Part shown: piece by piece, positions 53,350 through 64,000 of the stretch
Layout of the letters: every line of letters begins with the position of its first letter
Position numbering within the stretch: the stretch's first letter is position 1
Source: the human T2T-CHM13v2.0 reference genome, Homo sapiens
Strand: one strand, 5' to 3'
Assembly (NCBI RefSeq): GCF_009914755.1
Contig: NC_060942.1
DNA: 64,000 nucleotides
Made by a program: the position numbers and the translations under genes
The notes under the pieces: generated by a model
Database searches by the model: none
Told to the model about the DNA's origin: nothing
Seen by the model: only the letters and a program-made list of their open reading frames with translations

Positions 53350-53656
53350 GGCCGGGCGCAGTCACTCACGCCTGTAATCTCAGCACTTTGGGAGGCTGAG
53401 ACAGGCGGATCATGAGATCAGGAGTACGAGACCAGCCTGACCAACGTGGTGAAACCCTGTCTCTACTAAAAATACAAAAAAATTAGCCAGGTGTGGTGGT
53501 GCCTGCCTGTAATCCCAGCTACTCAAGAGGCTAGGGCAGGAGAATAGCTTGAACCTGGGATGCAGAAGTTGCAGTGAGCCGAGATCACACCACTACATTC
53601 CAGCCCGGGCGACAGAGCGAGACTCAGTCTCAAAAAAAAAAAGAAAAGAAAAGAAA
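53350..53656 (+). mobile_element. AluSg-like
   Basis: Full dimer with A/GAAAA tail; 16-bp near-TSD AGAAAGGACACTTAAG / AGAAACTACACTTAAG. Confidence 0.97.
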
Positions 53657-56322
53657 AGAAACTACACTTAAGCTGAAACAGGAGGCTCACCAGCCCCTGA
53701 CAGTAGTGGTTTAGGCCACATGCTGACAAGATCTGACAAACTCTGTCAAGAAGACACCAACATTAACTCTGGCATGTATAAAATCTCCCTGTCCTCAGGG
53801 AAGGATGCTCCAATGTCATCTGGAACAGGGCCTGAAGTCTGGACATTTCCTTATCCACCAAAAAGTCTGCAGCAATGGTTTTAGGCAGCAAGGCAGTTCA
53901 TGCATGCCCACTGAACATATACTTTTTAAAGACTTTCTTTCTACACAGACACTTTTGAGTGCTAAGACCATTATCCTAACATTAACAAAGATTTACTGCA
54001 AAATTTTCTCATCGTGCTTTTCTTCTTTACTGGTAGGTGTTAAGTTGAGACTAAGAGTCTGATTGATTCTCAACGAGGCTTCAGACTCTAAGCTGATGGG
54101 GCTTCCCTTCCTATAGGATCCCATCTTGTCACAGAGCCAGCCTGTAAGTAGCACAGTACCCTCTTATAATCCTACAGTGTTATTTCCTAGAAAGAGGGCT
54201 CATGGAGCTGATTGCTCACAAAACATCACGTATTTAAGGAATATTAGGGAGTTTCCATTAAAATTTGTTAAGAGTGTAGCTCTCATGTTATATTCCAACC
54301 ACAATAATTAATTAATTTACTGATTGATTAAAATAAATAGACCAAGGCAGGCATCATTCTTCTAAGGTGAAAATTGGAGTTGTCATGAGATGCAGCCACA
54401 TCTCTTCTACCTTGTCCTTCTGGGGGCTGACATCACTGCCCAGGGGAGACCATCACCACCATCATGGTCAAGACCAAGGTTGGGGTGAGCTCCTGACTGG
54501 TGAGCACAGATTAGGCAGTTCTAGTCTGTGACTCACACGACTCCCCTCCTGCCACCTTCACCAGGCCCCACCCTTGTTCCTAGAGATTACTTGACTCACC
54601 TGAGTGGAAGATTCTTTCCACGACCTGCACTCAGAACCATGGACCCAGGACTGTTCTAGGGTCCAGGTTAAAAAACAAACTGCACACAAGGTCCCTGATC
54701 CATTCTAGTGGAAGGAGCCCAGCAATGAAGATGTATTGAAATACGGAACAAGATCACATCAGCGAAGGAACAGGAAACAGAGCAGAGGGACCCTGAGAGC
54801 ATCACAGTGAGGGGTGGAATTATCTGGATGGGAGCTCCAGACCCCATCTGTGCAGACAAGCTGTTTGTGCTAGGACCCTAATGGTTACCTGAGCCCCCTG
54901 TGTGATATGTGGACCAAAAATCCCACACAGATGTCCATCAATCTCCCATCTCCACTCCCCAAAATATAGCCTGAAATGACTGTGAGGTTGAAAAAGTGTG
55001 GCCTCAGACAATATTCGCCCTCACCTTGGCAAAATGCTGAGCAGACAATCTTGGTTGATGCCTGCTGTAGTGGATAACATAAGTGCTGCCCCCAACACAC
55101 ACAGTTCCCCAGATGGACTAGTTTGGATTGTAAACTACCAGCTGTCCCACATACAATGACCCTTGTCCTGATCCTGTGTCTCCTCTCTCATCACAACCTA
55201 CCCTCAATGTGTATCATAAAGGATTTAAACAACTAATTCATACAAAGATGTTACTACTGGTAATAGTGAAGCAATTTGCCACCTAACAGATATATTTGTA
55301 CTTTAATGCAGAATGTGCCCTACTCCTAAGAAAAAATTATCTCACAGTATAATGTCAGGATTGCAGGCACTGGGTTGTAGCTTCCTGGCACTCCACAAAA
55401 CACCCTACAGAAAACATTTGTCTTCTGCCAGTAGCATAAAGACTCACTCCATGAATCTTTATCCCTGCATACATAAAACTCCAGCTACAATGCCTCTTAA
55501 AGGGAATTTAACCAAAACTGCCAACAGACCAAACTCATTTTTAAGTGCCTTAAGTCAGTGAGTGAGCTGTTCAGCAATATTTATTGACCATCTATGCTTT
55601 GACGGGAACTCTATCATGTCCAGTTTTTGACCAGTGCTATGAATATGAAATGCACTGGAATTTCATCATTAAGACACAGTACAATTTCATAAGAGTCCTA
55701 GGTTCTGTGAAGGAAACATGTGCTCTATACAATGTAAAGCCTCCAAATAACTTATTTATTTTTCTTCTAAGAGCAATTAAACACAAGCAAAACAAGTTAG
55801 AAAGCAGAGGCCTGGAATCTAGAGGTAATTTATTCAGACTTCCTACTCTCTAAGGATAATAAAAGGTAGTAAATCCTAAACTAAACAGAGTCAGCGGCAC
55901 GGAGCCTTTCAAAATTTATTCTGTTCTAGATTAGTAACGATTAAATCACACAGTGATTCATTCCAAAACACAATGATTTTCAGCACTGCATATGTTTAAA
56001 ACATTAGTTTTCTCCTTCAGCTTAAAACAAAGAATATGATTTCTTTATTTTCCTCTACAACAGTTCTTAGCTTTTTCTTCTTTCCACAGCTCAGAAAGAG
56101 TTTTCTTTCCTGAAATACAACTTCTGCATCCAAAGCAAATAAATTTATTCTTTAACTATATTGGATGAGAATATACGATTTGGCAAATAAAAAACTTTCC
56201 ATGAAAAAAGCATTGTTGTCTAAGAGTCATCTCCATATTCAAAATTGAGAGATTAATCATTAAATCTAGAGCAAACTAGAGGTGTTTGGTACACTCCTAC
56301 TTACTGTGCACCCCTCCCTACC

Positions 56323-57393
<1,071 letters not shown>

Positions 57394-57782
57394 CCCCTCT
57401 CCTCAGCTTTCTTGATTTCTACTTATTTCCCAACATTTCTACTGGGCCAGCACTGTCCTCCATGAAAAAGTATAAAGAGAAGAGACTGAGTGAAGAAAGC
57501 AATAAAGGCTGTGGTCTGTTGTTCAGTACAGTCTTGCAAGGCTCCAGCAAGCAGAACAGCATCCATGACCAAGAGAATGAAGCTGATCAGTAGATGGTGC
57601 TGGCCCTGCCTCATTCAGTGCTCCCACTCCAAGCATAGACATCTTTTCCAAGTCCTTCCTCAAGGGTTTGGTTCTTTCCGTGATGCTACTGATGAGAGGA
57701 GCCTTTGTAATAGCACAATTCCAAATGTAGGCTTCTCAATAAGTATTAGTAGTAATCAAATTTGTTTCCATTTGAAAGACAT

Positions 57783-57826
57783 TGTATTAGTCTGTTCTCA
57801 CATTTCTGTAAGGAAATACCTGAGAC
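57783..57826 (-). mobile_element. short MST/THE1 LTR terminal fragment
   Basis: tgtattagtctgttctcacatttctgtaaggaaatacctgagact, after which similarity stops abruptly. Confidence 0.7.
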
Positions 57827-57829
57827 TTC

Positions 57830-58283
57830 CCAGCCCTCAGCCACTTCTGAGAAATAAAATTCTCCTTTCCAAATGTATGACCCTCATGATTCTTCAGTGG
57901 ACAATGACAATAGATGTCAGACCCACACCCTCCGCAGTAATCAGCCAAGAAGGGGCAAGACTTGGACAATAACTGCCAAATGCCTTATTATTTATTTTTG
58001 TTCCTCCTACAATTCAGGACCAAACAGAGAAAACCAAGTATGCTCCCAAACTTCAAAAATAAGATGGCCCGACTGTTTGTCAGCTGCCTCCAGCTTCCCC
58101 AGGCCAACCAACTCCAACCAGGGCACCCCTGAAGCCTCCCTGCTTTTCTGCTATAAAACTTTCCCAGTCTCCTGACTGCTTTGAGGAATGCTTTGAGGAA
58201 TGGAGATGGACTTCCTTGCTATGGCAAGCTCTGAATTAATTGCATGTTTGTTCTCATTTGGGTGATCCTCATTTATTTTCACA
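57830..58283 (+). mobile_element. ERV1 LTR (MER89/MER110-like)
   Basis: ttcaggaccaaacagagaaaaccaagtatgctccc...ctataaaactttccc...cttgctatggcaagctctgaat...atttattttcaca. Confidence 0.6.
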
Positions 58284-58925
58284 AGACAGAAAATAGTCAC
58301 CTGAGCATACTCCTCCCCTCCTGTGCCCACCCCCTACTCTGACAACCAGTGTGGGACAGGCCACCCCTTGATTCCGCTCTGGATTGGAAACAGGTGGTAA
58401 GTACAATTTCCAAAGCTGGGAGAAAACAAACTCCCAGACAATGAAAACCATACTTTTAAAAGCTGTGTATTGATGAGAAGTCTTACCTAGGTAAGCTCTT
58501 GATGTCCCAAATCCAAGACCAGGTATTACCATTGCCACAGATTCCTGAGAATACCAGAGGGCCCTCCAGGTTAAACACAACCTTACTGGCTGGAACTGTG
58601 GCTCAAGTGCCTCTCAATTCTCCCATCCTGGTAAAGCCAGAGGGTCCCATAAGATATGCAGGGCCCCATCTGTCCTCCTGGATGAAAGTGAGGCCTGCCA
58701 TGTGCCCTCCTCACTTTTAGCTCCAACAGGTTCCTACCTGACTTTCAAGATGGGGAGATGTGGGAAGGGCTGTCTCACTGATCTGGCTTCTTTGAAAGCA
58801 GGAGCAAAGAAAAGGGATCTAAAGGGGACCCCACAAAGTGGACTAACAGTGCCCTTCACCTCTGCCAGGTGGGCCTCATGTTTTGTAGGTGGGGAGAGAA
58901 ATAGCCCTGGACTTTTCCCTAGACC

Positions 58926-59002
58926 AGTGGCTTCAATTTTTTTTTTTACCATAATCCATGATAAGAAATACATTTCATTAATACAGCACAACACAGTACA
59001 CA

Positions 59003-59038
<36 letters not shown>

Positions 59039-59550
59039 AATTCTTCACATTTTTCATAGATACTTTCTGATAGCTTTAATTTTATTTCAATTTTATTTCA
59101 TTATTTAAAATAGGCTGGTCATGACATAATAAATTAGCTTCATGACTGTATTAGTCTGTTTTCATGCTGCTGATAAAGACATACCCAAGACTGGAAGAAA
59201 AAGAGTTTTAATGAACTTACAGTTCCACATGGCTGGGGAAGCCTGACAATCATGGCAGAAGGCAAGGAGAAGCAAGCCACATCTTATGTGGATGGCGGCA
59301 AGCAAAGAGAGTTTGTGAAGGGAAACTCCCCCATATAAAACCATCAGATCTCATGAGACTTATTCACTATCATGACAACAGTACGGGAAAGACTCATCCC
59401 ATGATTCAGTTACCTCCCACCGGGTCCCTCCCACAACACGTGGGAATTGCGGGAGCTAAAATTCAAGATGAGAGTTGGGTGGGGACACAGCCAAACCATA
59501 TCAATGACCCACCAATGAGTCACAAGCATCAAATTGAAAAACTATTGCTC
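58926..59550. mobile_element. MER119-like hAT MITE containing a (CA)n run (~59000-59036), split by a THE1 LTR
   Basis: cagtggcttcaattttt...taagaaatacatttc...cagtacacagacacac on the left; gacccaccaatgagtcac...ttgaaaaactattg on the right. Confidence 0.55.
59147..59503 (-). mobile_element. THE1B-like MaLR solo LTR
   Basis: tgtattagtctgttttcatgctgctgataaagacataccc...cagccaaaccatatca, with a perfect TSD ATGAC at 59142-59146 and 59504-59508. Confidence 0.95.
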
Positions 59551-59946
59551 TAGGGGATAGAGCCAGTGGCCCAGTGGAACCCTTGGGTACACAAGAGACT
59601 AGGTGCCTAAATTAAGCTCATATTGGGTCGAATACTTCTATAAAGGTATAGTATGGAATGTTTTCTTTCCTGCATGTGTAAGTAAAATAACACAGGCACC
59701 ATTTTCACAAGAGGTTCAATTTGATTGTGAAAAGAAGTTTAATACAGTCCATAATATGCAAACTGAAACATCCTTGATTAAGGAAAATTCCAGAACTTAG
59801 CTATTTTACTATAGTGGGATATGATTTATAGGCTACCATTTGGAAGTAAAAAATTACAACTTTATTTCTCTCTTTTTCACCTAAACATCATCAGGCTGCA
59901 TAGCAGAGAGTAAAGCTGAGAGCCACGTGTTGATCTCAATTAAGGA

Positions 59947-60357
59947 TGTATGGGGCAGAGACAGCCGCCTATCGAAAATTCGTGTTTCCTGTCCTTAGTG
60001 TGTGGTTGTGTTGAGGAGGTGACAGGGACCGCTTTTCCTGCTGACAACCCCCACAGCATTAGGTGCAGCCATTTGACTTATGGTCTTGCCAATAAAATGT
60101 GAGAGGAAGAAATGTGTCACCTCCAGGCTGGGGTTCTCAGAAGTCCACCCTCTCTTCCCTTCTGCTGGCTGGAGACAGAAGGTCTCAGAGAGGAGGTGCT
60201 TGGGTCCCTGGAACACCATGTAGGAGAAAGGCAACTACTACCCCACTATACACACACAGAAGTATGATGGGATCAAGGAAGAAAGGCCTAGTGTGTTAAC
60301 CTTTTGAAATGTGAGAGTTTATTTGTTGCAGTGAATAGTATCACACTAACTAGCACA
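59947..60357 (+). mobile_element. MLT1 (I/J-like) LTR
   Basis: gccaataaaatgtgagaggaagaaatgtgtcacctccaggc...cttgggtccctggaacacc...tttatttgttgcag. Confidence 0.75.
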
Positions 60358-62584
60358 ACACCTCAAATTTTGCTTGAATACAGCCCCTGCTTTTGCTTCA
60401 TCCTAGTCTTAGGCAAAAGCCTAGCTTTCAGATTTTCTCCATCCTCCTTCGTATCCTGGTCATCTTCATGTGTAGGGGAATCTGGGGCTGGGAAAGCAGA
60501 GGCCCACGCCTCCAGGCCTCCACCAACCTGTTGGTTCACAGTCACCGAGAAGGTCCTGATGGGGCCTCATCTCCCTCCAGTGGGGCCACCTATGCTCTAA
60601 TTTCTACCTGGACCAACCCCTTGCTACTGTGGTTCTGTGTGGGGCTTCTCTCTCAGCTGCCTCCTGCAACTTCCCCAGGAAGGAAGCAGGTAGGTCCAGG
60701 TGTATCCACAGCATAGATCAAGAGCAAGGTGGGGGCTATCCCAGGCACTCTCCCCATCCTGCACGGTCCCCTCCACCTGCTGTAGCCACCCCATGTGGTG
60801 GGGTGCATCCCTGTAGGCAGCCCCATCCCAGATTTCCAGATGCACAGTCGAGCAAATGCCACTCTACTTTTAGCTTTCTCATACATTTATTATGGTTTTC
60901 TCTCCTTTTGCCAATGTTTCCTCTATTTGAGGGATGAGACTCAAAAAAAATGGAAACAGTACACTAGGATTCATCTCTCTATCACCCCCTTTACCCTCCC
61001 AAATCATTCTTCATGCCCAGGAAAAAGTGCAATGTGCCCTTGATATCCCATAGAAACTATTGCTTCATCTTTATCTTCCTTCTTCCTGACCTTACGGACC
61101 TATCTGCCATTAGCAATCCCTGACCTCTTTTTCAACACTTAACAGCAGACAGAGTGCAAGCAGAGAATCTGACTTACTGATACATCAAAAAGTACTTTAA
61201 AATGATGTTTCCTCTTACACTGAATCTGAAAAAGCATAGGGATGAAGGAGAGACATTTTATCCCTAGCTACTTACATACAGACAGACACATATACCTGCA
61301 CACAGACACACAATTGCAGTGCAGTGCCTCACAACAGTTGTCACCCTCCAACCCATGAAACGAGTAGTCAGAATTAGGCATTACTAAAACCACGCTGATG
61401 GGACTGGAATTATCCCCTGTGACTCATACCACTCTCCTCTTTCCTCAAGGATGGGTAGCCATGACACTCACTGCCCAGTGGCAGACACCTCCCTACACAA
61501 TGCACCCTGCAACATACCCATTCTGCCTTCCAAACAGTGTCATGACTTTTTCATAGAAAATCCATTGTTAAAGCTCTTTAGAAATAATTCCGTGGCTTGG
61601 AGATTCCAACCCCAACTGCTGCTGGCTGTAGGGAACATTGACTGAAATTAGACAGAGCTTAGCATCCAATGGAAGAGACTGTGTGTAGCTCGGACTTCAG
61701 TCAAGAAGTACCTCTTTCATCAGCAACCAGGAGGATTTATATAATGGGGAAAGGGTTCATGGCCAGATAGACACAATGAAGCTTTACATGATTCATCCTT
61801 CTGGTTAAGCATTCGCATTATGCCCTTAGTGAAGGAGAAATGAAAGTTTACATCAGAACCCCACAGGAAGCTTTGAAGTGTTTTGTAGTAAGTTTCAATT
61901 AATCTCTAGTAAAATATAGACACTTCTTCCTTTATGAGTTTAATCATTCTCAACAAATGTTTGTGTCCATTTTGACAAAGTCCCCATGAAAGAACCCTAG
62001 TCTCAGTTTTGCCAGCATGTAGATGCCTGACGGGGAGGCCTTCACCTGACTATAATCACAGAGACTCTCAGGCCCCAAAGCAACACAGCAGTTAAGTAGT
62101 GAGGATTACTTAATGAAGTTATTCTCCCTGGGTTTGCCGCTCATTATAGCTCTAAAATATGGCACTGAGAACAGGCCTCTGTATGGGAGAATTTGGTAGG
62201 AAGTTTATGGACCATATGATTTCCCTTATATTGTCTTAAACATTTCTTATGTCCAAAAGTACACAATAAAGAAAGCATGTCAGCTGATAAATGATATACT
62301 AAAAGAGATTTCTCATGGAAAGCTGAGCAACAATATATCTAAAATGGCTTAAATACAATCCTTCCTAAAGACAAGAAGGTGGACTAGATGACTTATTAAA
62401 ACAACTCTCAACAGTAATACATAAAAACCGTATCAATAAAAATGTCCTATTTTTTAAATGCCCTACAAATAAGATTCTACACGGATTCCTTATAAGTTTC
62501 TGTAACATTAAATAACCCTTCCTGGTAGACATTCTGCTTTTAATGTGAGAACGATTCCTAACTTTTTAAAAGGTCATTAATCGT

Positions 62585-64000
<1,416 letters not shown>

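Overview
Primate (human-like) genomic DNA that appears non-coding. AluS/AluY, THE1/MSTA, LTR8, LTR18 and MER50-type elements place it in primates. I find no credible protein-coding gene, tRNA/rRNA gene, CpG island or CRISPR array. The ORF track is explained by repeats, microsatellites and chance. The window is a mosaic of transposon relics: about 19 LTR elements (many solo LTRs with readable target-site duplications, plus one full-length two-LTR MSTA-type MaLR), 6 Alus, old L1M, L2 and MIR fragments, and DNA-transposon MITEs. The most notable structures are five. (1) A 37-bp minisatellite (~14.42-15.07 kb) with 111-bp and 222-bp higher-order periodicity, apparently grown out of an L2 3' end. 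(2) A ~96%-identical ~500-bp segment (29672-30177) copied 20.5 kb downstream into an L2 (50162-50663) with no poly-A tail or TSD. (3) Three tandem hairpins sharing one loop at 27405-27480. (4) A 3x62-bp tandem repeat. (5) LTR-borne CTCF and DUX4 motifs. I did not find a convincing novel biological system. Repeat family names are recalled from consensus sequences without running a search, and boundaries of old elements are approximate.
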